Part shown: piece after piece, positions 28,221 through 37,942 of the stretch
Layout of the letters: every line of letters starts with the position of its first letter
Numbering within the stretch: position 1 is the first letter of the stretch
Assembly: GCA_905478195.1 (NCBI GenBank)
Contig: CAJQHM010000001.1
Coordinates: forward strand, 126-64,125
Direction: 5' to 3'
DNA: 64,000 nucleotides
Origin: an uncultured Pseudomonadales bacterium
GTDB taxonomy: Bacteria; Pseudomonadota; Gammaproteobacteria; Pseudomonadales; Pseudohongiellaceae
Made by a program: the position numbers and the translations under genes
The notes under the pieces: generated by a model
Told to the model about the DNA's origin: nothing
What the model saw: the letters and a program-made list of their open reading frames with translations, nothing else
Databases searched by the model: none

Positions 28221-28337
28221 GTATTTCTATAGAGTTTTTTAGCCCTCGCCACTACCTGTTAGCAGCGGTCTGCGGTATGCTTGCAGACCTCGCGACACCT
28301 TAAATAAATCCAGTTAATTCACATAGTTAGAGATCAG

Positions 28338-30818
28338 ATGAGCAGCATCGACCCACAATATCCCCCGCAGGCAGTTGAAGCCGAAGCACAGTCCTATTGG
28401 CAAGAACACGAAAGCTTTAAAGTAAGCGAAGATTACTCTCGCGATAAGTTTTATTGCCTCTCAATGTTTCCCTATCCTAGCGGTCACCTGCATATGGGTC
28501 ATGTGCGTAACTACTCCATTGGCGACGCCATCTCCCGCTACCAACGCATGCTGGGGAAAAACGTACTGCAGCCCATGGGCTGGGACGCTTTCGGACTGCC
28601 AGCTGAAAATGCAGCCATACAGAATGAAGTGCCTCCGGCGAAGTGGACCTATGGCAATATCGACTACATGCGCGAGCAGCTGCAGAGACTGGGCTATGCC
28701 TACGATTGGAGCAGAGAAATCGCTACCTGCCATCCCGACTATTACCGTTGGGAGCAATGGTTCTTCACCCGCCTTTTCGCAAAGGGGCTAGTCTATAAGA
28801 AATCATCAGAGGTCAATTGGGACCCGGTGGACCAGACCGTTCTGGCCAATGAGCAGGTAGTCGATGGTCGCGGCTGGCGCTCTGGTGCCCTCGTCGAACG
28901 TCGCGAGATCCCACAGTGGTTCATCAAAATAACCGACTTTGCTCAGGAACTGCTAGATGACCTGGATGGCATGGATGGCTGGCCAGAAAAAGTCCGCACC
29001 ATGCAGGCTAACTGGATCGGGCGCTCGGAAGGTGTCGAACTAAATTTTGAAGTCGCCGGCGAGAATGACGCCGATCTGAAGCAGCTGAGTGTCTATACTA
29101 CGAGACCAGATACACTGATGGGCGTTACCTATGTTGCACTCGCCGTTCAGCACCCGCTGGCGAGCAAGGCCGCCCTATCCAACCCTAACGTCGCGAAGTA
29201 CATAGAACAGCAGAGCAACACGAAAGTAGCCGAAGCGGATATGGCTACGATGGAGAAGACCGGCATAGATACAGGTCTAAAGGCGATCCACCCCATCAGC
29301 GGTGAAACACTGCCCATCTATCTCGCTAATTTTGTACTAATGAGCTATGGCTCGGGTGCGGTGATGGCGGTACCTGCCCACGACCAGAGAGACTGGGAGT
29401 TCGCTAAAAAATACCAGCTGCCTATCAAACAGGTCGTTCAACCTGCCAGCCCTGACGAAAGCTGTGACTTAGAAAAAGAAGCCTTTGTCGCCAAGGGCAA
29501 ACTCATCAATTCTGGCGACTTTGATGGGCTCGATTTTATCGAAGCCTTCACCGCCATCGAGAAGCACCTGCGCGAGCGTGACCAGGGTCAGAAGAAGATC
29601 AATTTCCGCCTTCGTGACTGGGGCGTTTCCAGACAACGCTACTGGGGCGCGCCGATTCCCATAATAAATTGTGACAATTGCGGTTCTGTTGCAGTACCCG
29701 ATGAAGACCTACCCGTGTTACTGCCTACCGACGTAGAAATTGATGCTAGCGGCTCGCCTCTAGGTAAGCTCAAGGATTTTTATGAGGTCGACTGCCCCAA
29801 ATGCAACGCCAAGGCAAAACGTGAGACTGACACTTTTGACACCTTCATGGAGTCTTCATGGTATTACGCACGCTATGCCTCGCGAGACCAAACCAATAGC
29901 ATGCTGGACGAGAGAGCTGACTACTGGCTTCCTGTAGATCAATACATTGGTGGTATCGAACACGCGATACTGCATTTGCTCTATGCACGCTTCTTTCACA
30001 AACTCATGCGCAATGAAGGACTGGTAAGCTCGGACGAACCGTTCACCCACCTACTTACTCAAGGAATGGTTCTAAAAGACGGTAGCAAGATGTCCAAGTC
30101 GAAGGGCAACACCGTCGATCCTCTATCACTGATCCAGAAGTACGGAGCAGATACGGTTCGCATGTTTACCATGTTTGCATCGCCTCCGGACCAGTCACTA
30201 GAATGGTCCGATAGTGGAGTTGAAGGAAGTTATCGGTTCCTGAAGAGACTCTGGAAGATCGTCGCCAGACATGAAGCCGTCGCGTTGCAAGACTTCGGCT
30301 CGATAGAGCTTAGTGTCGACCAGGCTCAACTGCGCCGCAAAACTCATCAGACTCTGGAGAAGGTTAGCGATGACTATGGCCGGCGACACACTTTTAATAC
30401 AGCAATAGCTGCCACCATGGAACTACTGAATACCGTTACCCGTTTTGCCGATACTCACAACGACAATAACGATCGGCTGGCCATACAAGAGGCATTGGAG
30501 ACTGCTATTTTGATGCTCGCTCCAATAGTGCCGCACTTTTGCCATGCCCTTTGGATACACTTAGGTCATGACGAAGCAGTAATGAATGCCTCATGGCCCC
30601 AAGTAGACCAATCGGCACTTACTGAAACTTCGATAACTGTAGTACTTCAGGTCAATGGCAAGCTGCGCGACACGGTAGAAGTGGCGAAGGACATCGGTAA
30701 GGACGAACTCGAAAAACTGGCTCTGGGCAATGAAGCGGTAAAACGTTTCACCGCAGATGGCACCATCAGAAAAGTTATTGTCGTCCCTGGCCGCCTGGTT
30801 AATATAGTCGTCAACTAA
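28338..30818 (+). CDS. leuS: leucine--tRNA ligase
   Basis: 826 aa with class I motifs [11 protein letters not shown] and KMSKSKGN. Confidence 0.97.
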   Translation: MSSIDPQYPPQAVEAEAQSYWQEHESFKVSEDYSRDKFYCLSMFPYPSGHLHMGHVRNYSIGDAISRYQRMLGKNVLQPMGWDAFGLPAENAAIQNEVPPAKWTYGNIDYMREQLQRLGYAYDWSREIATCHPDYYRWEQWFFTRLFAKGLVYKKSSEVNWDPVDQTVLANEQVVDGRGWRSGALVERREIPQWFIKITDFAQELLDDLDGMDGWPEKVRTMQANWIGRSEGVELNFEVAGENDADLKQLSVYTTRPDTLMGVTYVALAVQHPLASKAALSNPNVAKYIEQQSNTKVAEADMATMEKTGIDTGLKAIHPISGETLPIYLANFVLMSYGSGAVMAVPAHDQRDWEFAKKYQLPIKQVVQPASPDESCDLEKEAFVAKGKLINSGDFDGLDFIEAFTAIEKHLRERDQGQKKINFRLRDWGVSRQRYWGAPIPIINCDNCGSVAVPDEDLPVLLPTDVEIDASGSPLGKLKDFYEVDCPKCNAKAKRETDTFDTFMESSWYYARYASRDQTNSMLDERADYWLPVDQYIGGIEHAILHLLYARFFHKLMRNEGLVSSDEPFTHLLTQGMVLKDGSKMSKSKGNTVDPLSLIQKYGADTVRMFTMFASPPDQSLEWSDSGVEGSYRFLKRLWKIVARHEAVALQDFGSIELSVDQAQLRRKTHQTLEKVSDDYGRRHTFNTAIAATMELLNTVTRFADTHNDNNDRLAIQEALETAILMLAPIVPHFCHALWIHLGHDEAVMNASWPQVDQSALTETSITVVLQVNGKLRDTVEVAKDIGKDELEKLALGNEAVKRFTADGTIRKVIVVPGRLVNIVVN

Positions 30819-30832
30819 ACAATGGGAAAGCC

Positions 30833-31339
30833 ATGACATTTTTGAGATCTCTCAGTTTGTTCGCCCTATTGCTGAGCGTCAGCAGTTGCGGATTCAACCT
30901 GCGTGGAAGCGATACTCTCTCAGCCAACTTCAGCAGTCTTCAATTCTTTAGTGAGCAACCCACTAGTGAGCTAACTCGCTTATTGCGCCGCAGTCTTGAG
31001 GGTGCCGATGTCAATCTTATCCCTGTGACTATAGACGCGGCAGATAGCGAGACGCCCATGCTGGGAATTGCCAGCGAGCAGCTTGTATCCAGACCTGTCA
31101 CTATCAACCCTCGGGCTAGAGCAGCTCAGATAGAGTTGCGGCTCTCGATCGACATAGGCCTCACCTTGGGTGAACGGGTACTCATAGCTCCAGAGACCCT
31201 ATTCGTTGAAAGAACCTACTTTCAAGATGTCGAAAATATCAGTGGCAATCAAGAAGAGGCTGAGATCATCTCCACGGAGATGCGCCGCGAATTAATCAAT
31301 CAAATGATGAGACGACTCGCCGCCACCGGCCCCCTATAG
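30833..31339 (+). CDS. lptE: LPS assembly lipoprotein LptE (RlpB)
   Basis: Lipobox SVSSCGFNLRG. Its position between leuS and holA is conserved. Confidence 0.8.
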   Translation: MTFLRSLSLFALLLSVSSCGFNLRGSDTLSANFSSLQFFSEQPTSELTRLLRRSLEGADVNLIPVTIDAADSETPMLGIASEQLVSRPVTINPRARAAQIELRLSIDIGLTLGERVLIAPETLFVERTYFQDVENISGNQEEAEIISTEMRRELINQMMRRLAATGPL

Positions 31340-31353
31340 ACATTCAAGCCTAA

Positions 31354-32415
31354 ATGAAAATCAAACCAGAACAGCTTTCTCGAACTCTCAACAATGACGA
31401 ACTGCCATTGTACTGGTTGACTGGCGATGAACCCCTGCTTATGCAGGAGGCCGCCGACGCGATTCGCAAACACTACAAAGAGAAAGGGTTCGCGGAGAGA
31501 GAAGTGTTCAATGTCGACAAGAGTTTCGACTGGAGCCTCTTTTCACAATCCACTGGCAACCTCTCACTATTCTCTGACAAAAAAATCATCGAGTTACGAC
31601 TCTCAACAGCCAAGTTAGATGACCCCGGCAAGAAGGCGCTTCGGCACTATCTAAGCGATCTAAATCCTGACTTCGTCATCTTGATTAGCGGGCCGAAGCT
31701 GGGTGCTCAAACACTGAAGACCAATTGGTTCACCGAGATCGAAAGACATGGTGCCGTTGTACAAATCTGGCCAATCAATAGAGACAATTTGGCCACCTGG
31801 CTGGTGCAGAGGCTGTTAAGAGATGGCATTCGAGCGGACACCGACGCCCTACACCTTCTTGTCGACAAAGTTGAGGGGAACCTGCTCGCGGCCATGCAGG
31901 AGATTGAGAAACTAAAACTGCTGGCAGGAGAAGAGCGCAACGAGACTATTCATCTGGATGCGAAAACAGTACTGCAGGTGATAGCCGATAGCTCGCGCTA
32001 CAGCGTCTATCAGTTGGTTGATTCAGCACTGCTCGGCGACATTGCCCGCACCCAGAAGATGCTGGCAGGCTTGAAGAATGAAGGGCTCTTCCCGCTGATT
32101 ATCCTCTCCGCAATCTTCCATGAGTTGAGATCGCTTCTACCCATGTTGGAGAAGAAGCAGCAGGGCCAGGGTGTAAACGCAATCATTCAGTCCGCGCGAG
32201 TATGGTCTAATCGCAAGCAGCCTGTTGCCGCCGCATTGGCGAGACTAGACACACAAACCGTCTGGGAACTCCTGGACCATAGCCGCATTATCGACCAGAG
32301 CATCAAGGGAATGTTCCAGGCAAACACCTGGGACGAGCTCAGCCAGCTGCTCCTGCGATTGAGTGGCGTTGAACTTCTTGCAGCCCAAAAAATTGCAGCA
32401 AAAAAGCTTTTTTAG
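31354..32415 (+). CDS. holA: DNA polymerase III delta subunit
   Basis: 353 aa with N-terminal ..LYWLTGDEPLLMQEA.. The synteny leuS-lptE-holA supports the call. Confidence 0.8.
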   Translation: MKIKPEQLSRTLNNDELPLYWLTGDEPLLMQEAADAIRKHYKEKGFAEREVFNVDKSFDWSLFSQSTGNLSLFSDKKIIELRLSTAKLDDPGKKALRHYLSDLNPDFVILISGPKLGAQTLKTNWFTEIERHGAVVQIWPINRDNLATWLVQRLLRDGIRADTDALHLLVDKVEGNLLAAMQEIEKLKLLAGEERNETIHLDAKTVLQVIADSSRYSVYQLVDSALLGDIARTQKMLAGLKNEGLFPLIILSAIFHELRSLLPMLEKKQQGQGVNAIIQSARVWSNRKQPVAAALARLDTQTVWELLDHSRIIDQSIKGMFQANTWDELSQLLLRLSGVELLAAQKIAAKKLF

Positions 32416-34598
32416 TTTAATCCCCTGCGCTCTAACAAGGGAGCGATCTCGGCATCACGCCCTCGAAAATTTCTAAATAAGGCCATCGCCTCTTCACTTC
32501 CGCCTCGCGAAAGCAATGTCTCTCTAAAATGGTCGCCATTTTCTCGTAGTAGGCCGCCATTGCCTTTAAACCATTCAACGGTGTCTGCGTCTAGAACCTC
32601 ACTCCAGATATAGGAGTAGTAGCCCGCAGAATAGCCGCCCATAATATGTGAGAAATACGTACTCCGATATCTTGGTCGCACCGACTCTAAAGCAATGCCC
32701 GCGTTCTCCAGCGCCCGATACTCAAAATCAACCATCCCATCCGCCGAGGGAATTTCCTCAGGGGTAAGTTGGTGTAGCGCCTGATCTAAAATGGATGCGG
32801 CAAGATACTCCGTAGTAGCGAAGCCCTGATTAAACTTTTCCGTCGCGATCACCTTGTCTAGCAATTCTCGTGGCATCTGCTCGCCAGTTTCGAAGTGAAT
32901 CGCATAATTCTCTAGCACCTCGGGCCACGTGGCCCACATTTCGTTCACCTGAGAAGGATATTCCACGAAATCTCTTGGCACTCGAGTCCCCGAAAAGTAA
33001 GGATATTCAACGTCTGAAAACATACCATGCAAGGCATGACCGAACTCGTGAAACATCGTGGTAACTTCATCAAAAGTAAGAAGTGTGGGATCACCGGACT
33101 GAGGCTCTGTAATATTCAGATGATTAGCTACGATGGGGGTTGTGTCCATAACGGCACTCTGAGAGATGTACGAGTTCATCCAGGCACCCCCCCGCTTCGT
33201 TGGTCGCGCGTAGGGATCCATCAAGAACAGCGCTAGAGTCTGACCACCTATATCAAAGACTTCAAATACGCGCACATCTTCTTGGTAAACCGGCAGGTCA
33301 AATCGCTCCTGAAATGTAATTCCGAAGAGTTTCTCTGCAGCAAAAAATACTCCTCGCTGCAAGACATTGTCGATCTCAAAATAGGGCTGCAACTGACTCT
33401 CATCGAATTGGTATCTCGCGGTACGCAGCCTCTCTGTATAGAACGACCAGTCCCAAGCTCTAAGCTCAAAATCAAGCCCATCATCCTCTATCATCTGCTG
33501 GAGGTCAGCGGCCTCCGCCTGAGCATTCGCCACTGCTGGTGGAGCGAGTTCAACCAACCGCTGATTCACGGCTTCAACCGTACCCGCTGTAGCATCATCA
33601 AGAACGAATGCTGCGTGATTGGAATATCCTAAAAGTTGCGCTCTTTCGGCACGAAGGCGAAGCACGTCGGATAGAATCTGTGTATTTTCATAGGGCCCGC
33701 CTCGACTTCCGCGAGATAGAGACGTCGAATAAATACGCTCTCGCAGAGCTCTATTTTGTAAACTAGCAAGACTAGGTTGACCGCTGGTATTTAATAGAGG
33801 AATAACAAACTTACCCGGAAGTTCGCGTGCTTCTGCCTCGTTCTCTGCCGCAGCTATGAGAGCCTCACTCATCCCCGTAAGTTCTTCGCGCGAATCAACT
33901 ACTATCGCTAGCTCGTTTACCTCACTTAACACATTTTGTCTGTATTCGGTTTGCAACACAGCTATTTGGCTATTTAAGCTTCTCATCTGCTCCTGCTGAT
34001 CAACTGTGAGCCCCGCACCCGCTCTCACATAGTCGACATCGTATTGCTCCAACAATCGCAAGGACTGAGCGTCCAATTGCAGCTGCCCTCGCCGCTCGTG
34101 GAGAAAGCTTATGCGCTCATAGAGAGCTGGATTGAGAAGTATCTTGTCGTTGTGAGCAGCTAAGCGCGGAGCCAGTTCTTGCTCCAATTCGCGAATTGCG
34201 TCGTTCGTATGAGCGCCAGCAAGACTGAAAAAAACTCTCGATACCCTACTCAACAATTGGCCACTTACCTCCATAGGTAAGATAGTATTTTCAAAGGTAG
34301 GCTCATTTACTTGATTTACGATCGCATCGAGCTCCTCCAGCTGCTCGACCATTCCTTGCTCAAAGGCAGGCAGATAGTCGCTGTTCTCTATCAGATCGAA
34401 AGGCGGATAGTTTAGGTAGAGCTGACTTTCCTGAAAAAAAGGATTGATAGCAGACTGATCGGCATTGGCGATGGATTGATTGTTTGAGCTATCCAAATCT
34501 GCAACGGGGTAACTATCCCCCGGATCTGAGCAGGCAGATTGCACTGATAGAGTAATCATTAGCGTAAAACATTTCCCAAAGCTCGATTGCGTAACCAT
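32412..34598 (-). CDS. dcp: M3-family peptidyl-dipeptidase (Dcp-like), exported
   Basis: 728 aa with an N-terminal signal/lipobox-like MITLSVQSAC and thermolysin-type zinc site HEFGHALH plus a downstream E. Confidence 0.8.
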   Translation of the reverse strand: MVTQSSFGKCFTLMITLSVQSACSDPGDSYPVADLDSSNNQSIANADQSAINPFFQESQLYLNYPPFDLIENSDYLPAFEQGMVEQLEELDAIVNQVNEPTFENTILPMEVSGQLLSRVSRVFFSLAGAHTNDAIRELEQELAPRLAAHNDKILLNPALYERISFLHERRGQLQLDAQSLRLLEQYDVDYVRAGAGLTVDQQEQMRSLNSQIAVLQTEYRQNVLSEVNELAIVVDSREELTGMSEALIAAAENEAEARELPGKFVIPLLNTSGQPSLASLQNRALRERIYSTSLSRGSRGGPYENTQILSDVLRLRAERAQLLGYSNHAAFVLDDATAGTVEAVNQRLVELAPPAVANAQAEAADLQQMIEDDGLDFELRAWDWSFYTERLRTARYQFDESQLQPYFEIDNVLQRGVFFAAEKLFGITFQERFDLPVYQEDVRVFEVFDIGGQTLALFLMDPYARPTKRGGAWMNSYISQSAVMDTTPIVANHLNITEPQSGDPTLLTFDEVTTMFHEFGHALHGMFSDVEYPYFSGTRVPRDFVEYPSQVNEMWATWPEVLENYAIHFETGEQMPRELLDKVIATEKFNQGFATTEYLAASILDQALHQLTPEEIPSADGMVDFEYRALENAGIALESVRPRYRSTYFSHIMGGYSAGYYSYIWSEVLDADTVEWFKGNGGLLRENGDHFRETLLSRGGSEEAMALFRNFRGRDAEIAPLLERRGLN

Positions 34599-34667
34599 AC
34601 ATACTCCCTCAGATTTCAGGGTAATTGAATTAATAGAGTAAAAACGTCACCTAGATCTAAATTTCAG

Positions 34668-34681
34668 TCAACAATTGTTGA
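34668..34681. repeat. 14-bp perfect palindrome, candidate operator in the dcp / sensor-kinase divergent region
   Basis: tcaacaattgttga is its own reverse complement. It lies 70 bp upstream of the dcp start codon. Confidence 0.3.
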
Positions 34682-34855
34682 AATTTGCCCATAACAGCCT
34701 GATCTTACCCCTATCGGCTGCTCGGTTATCATATACTAATTCGCAAATATGCGCGTAGACGCTTAAAGAAATACAGAGTCAATTTTTTAAATTCCCAGCC
34801 CAAGACTCTCAAATCGATTCACACTTCGAAGACCGGCCTCCTCCTTACAGTTGCA

Positions 34856-36741
34856 ATGTTACGGCCCTGCACAGACGCCTGGGCTGCCGAGCTGAATATT
34901 ACGCAGAATCAACTAACGGTAAATCTGGGCCCTTACCTCGACAGCTTTGAAGACCCGGAGCGCGCGTTCACTACTGAGCAGATGACATCTGAATCGATTT
35001 AATGACAACGCTCCACGCAATTCATCCCTATGATGGGCCTGAGCAAATCTGCGCATTGGTTCAGCATAGTGATTAGCGGCGAGAATATGATGGACGAGGA
35101 CTTGGTGCTTTCGCCGGACACCCCAACCGTAGACCGTATTGAGTTTTATTTTGTTAACGGTGACGAGGTAGTTCGTACCTCGGTGACGGGCGATACCATT
35201 CCCCTGTCGCAGCTAGACTATCCCTACCGAATACCCGTGATTCCTTTCGAGATCACTGCGCAGGGCCGATGCACAAAGATCATCCTTCGCGCAACATCGT
35301 CTGTTGGCGTGGAGATACCGCTAACGCTTACTACCGCTTCGCTTCTAGCAGAAAGCCAGCAATCGGTACTGGTTTTTGACGGCGCATTGCTGATGATTTT
35401 CCTTTTCTGTTTCGGCATCTCAGTGGTCCTTTTTGCCTATAAGCGAGACACTCTATTCCTCGGCGTAACCTTTTTCTTTCGCGGTACCACCATCTTCCTG
35501 CTTACCCAAACTGGCCTTGGCAGAATTTGGTTCTGGCCCGGGAGTATAGACGCCAACACCCGTATCTCTTTGGTATCCGCAACAGCGTTAATTGCCAGCC
35601 TGTGCCTGATCGGCCGTTCGCTGCATTTCGAGAATAGATATCGCAGCTCGGCGAACATAGTGCTACGGTTTCTCATCTACGGAATGATCTCCCTAGGCCT
35701 GGACTACATAATAATTCCCTTCCATCAGATGAACAGCGACAATGTAGTACCTATTATGGTTATAGCTCTATTGGTCGCGATTACGGTATTAATCATGGCT
35801 TCAATTACTGCCGCTCAGGATTCCAAAGCCGCCATATATCTCGTAACTTACTGGTCACTGATTATTCTCGCCTAAAGCTCGAGTTGATCTATAAATTTAA
35901 ACTCGTGGAAAGATTCGCCTCTTCCCCAATCGTAGGTCAGGCTCTGGTGATCACGGCTGGACTATTTCTTTTAATGTTCATGGCTGAATTTGTTCGCTCG
36001 AAGAGTGGTGAACTCATCGAGGCTCGCATGGACACCAAGGCTAAGGCTGACTTCCTCAAGAATGTCTCCAGAGAGTTCTTAACGCCTGTACATCTCATAC
36101 TTGCAAACTCGAAGCGATTAATGGCCTCGCAGTCGGACAAATTAGACGAGCCTGCAAAAAGACACGTGACGACCGTCATAAAACAGAGCGATCGCTTACA
36201 CAATCTGATAAACGATTTACTGGAGATGGCAGAACTGGAATCCGATAGCTTCGAACCGGAATTCGAATTAGTTGAAATGACAAATTTCCTTGGTGAAATA
36301 AAAAACCTGATGTCGCCACCTGTTATGGAAAAAGGATTAGAACTAAGGTCAGAATTCGCGTCTGCGAACCTGTTAGTACAGACAGACAAATCGCGGCTGC
36401 AGCACATTCTGATAAACATCATTACTAATGCAATTAAACACACAGAGAAAGGCAGCATACTCCTCGCCTACAAGGCCGTGTATTTTCAGCGTAGGCTAGG
36501 CATCGAGATTTCGATCGAAGATACCGGTCGCGGCATGAGCGAAGAGTTTCAAAAAGTACTGTTTCGAGTGTTTTCACGCGAGGAAAGCAATCTGGAGAAA
36601 GATCAGCAGGGGTCGGGCTTAGGCATGGTCATAGTGAAGCGCATGATAGAAAAGCTAGGTGGAGAGATTACTTTTGAGTCACAGCGCGATGCAGGCAGCC
36701 GGTTCATTATTCGATTACCGCTACGCGCTGTTAAGGAATAA
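34856..36741 (+). pseudogene. decayed 7TMR-DISM (DISMED2 + 7TM) sensor histidine kinase, broken into three reading segments
   Basis: Segment 1 (34856-34999, ..AWAAELNITQNQLTVNLGPYLDSFEDPERAFTTEQMTSESI) ends in tandem stops TAA-TGA (35000-35005). The same frame continues as QRSTQFIPMMGLSKSAHWFSIVISGEN.. through 6 TM helices to 35875. A frameshift then leads into ORF 35884-36741, which carries TM7, a degenerate H-box (NVSREFLTPV, Arg at 36070-36072 where His is expected) and intact N/G1/G2 boxes. Confidence 0.65.
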
Positions 36742-36763
36742 CTTACTGACCCTGACACCCTGC

Positions 36764-37009
36764 CTAGTCAGTCTTCTTCTCCAATTGATAGACCGCATCA
36801 GTCACATCTTCCATCTTCACTTCAAAGCTTTGCAAGGCATCTGCCAAGCCCTGATTGTAGTAATATCCCCCCACTTCCTTCGAGAAAAAATCTATCAGAA
36901 ATTCCGCGTCGAAGCTGCCTAGTTCCTGATGCAGTTCATCTTGAAAATATTTCTGAATTTTCGCCACTATATCAATCTTAACGGTACTATTGAGCTCGAT
37001 ATCCGCCAA
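36764..37009 (-). CDS. DUF2164 family protein
   Basis: 81 aa, ..KIQKYFQDELHQELGSFDAEFLIDFFSKEVGGYYYNQGL. Assigned from remembered family signature. Confidence 0.55.
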   Translation of the reverse strand: MADIELNSTVKIDIVAKIQKYFQDELHQELGSFDAEFLIDFFSKEVGGYYYNQGLADALQSFEVKMEDVTDAVYQLEKKTD

Positions 37010-37010
37010 C

Positions 37011-37865
37011 TCAGGCCCCCAGCTGTCGCGCTAGGTCGTTGAAGTCCTCGGCCGTATAGTCGAACTCACCATCCGGATTTCTGTTTACCGGCCGCCCAGG
37101 GCCTCGCTCTAGTGGGCGGATAACATAGGCTGTCTTCAGGCCAGTACGAGCTGCCGCTCGCAGATCGCCAGGATGTGCTGCCACCATCATTACCTGCTCT
37201 GGCTTCAAGCTGAGCAAATCAGCAGCCTTGAGATAAGCTTCGGGATCGGGCTTATAGTGCCCGGACAGTTCTGCAGAGAGAATCGCATCCCAAGGCAAGC
37301 CACCATTTTTCGCCATATGCGTCAGCAGAGAAACATTGCCATTGGAGAGTGTTGTAATCACATACTTGGTCTTAAGCTTATTCAACCCCGAGACTGTATC
37401 GGGCCATGGAGAGAGGCGATGCCACGCTTCATTGAAATGCACGAGTTCTGGCTCACTCATGCCGGTAAGACCGTACTCTTCAACCAATTCATCTAGAATC
37501 ATACGATGAAGGTCGTCTATCTTGGTCCAGGGCATCTCGCCAGAACGAACCTTATTCATGGCAGGGCCGTAGCCTGCACGCCAACTCAGCGTAAATGCTG
37601 CCCAGTCGACATCGTAGCCTTTCTTCGCCGCTAGTAATTGACCTTCCCGAATAATGGAGCCATACCAATCGACGACCGTTCCGAACACATCAAAGGTCAG
37701 CGCTTTCACATTATTCGCTACAGAGCTATCCGCCGCCTGCGAGGCTAGAGGCAACAGGCCAATGCCCGTTCCTAGAGGAAGCACAGAAAGCGCGCGCAGA
37801 AATTGTCGCCTACTAGGCGTATCTAATGGAAGCGAGCGTATCGATTTTGCGGGGACATTCGTCAT
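37011..37865 (-). CDS. type II haloacid dehalogenase-like hydrolase with a twin-arginine (Tat) signal
   Basis: Tat motif SRRQFLRAL with ASQA|A cleavage. HAD motifs FDVFGTVVDW, TLSNGN, YKPDPEAY and VAAHPGDLRAA. Confidence 0.7.
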   Translation of the reverse strand: MTNVPAKSIRSLPLDTPSRRQFLRALSVLPLGTGIGLLPLASQAADSSVANNVKALTFDVFGTVVDWYGSIIREGQLLAAKKGYDVDWAAFTLSWRAGYGPAMNKVRSGEMPWTKIDDLHRMILDELVEEYGLTGMSEPELVHFNEAWHRLSPWPDTVSGLNKLKTKYVITTLSNGNVSLLTHMAKNGGLPWDAILSAELSGHYKPDPEAYLKAADLLSLKPEQVMMVAAHPGDLRAAARTGLKTAYVIRPLERGPGRPVNRNPDGEFDYTAEDFNDLARQLGA

Positions 37866-37942
37866 GGCAGTTCTCCGAGCAGGGCGCCGCCTGCAGCTCT
37901 TTTTTAATCTACGTTAGCATACTGGATGTTCTAAAAGAAACT

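Noticed and set aside
35937-36458. 173-aa minus-strand ORF across the kinase core
   Set aside because: It is antisense to clear HATPase N/G1/G2 boxes and is a Ser-rich shadow frame.
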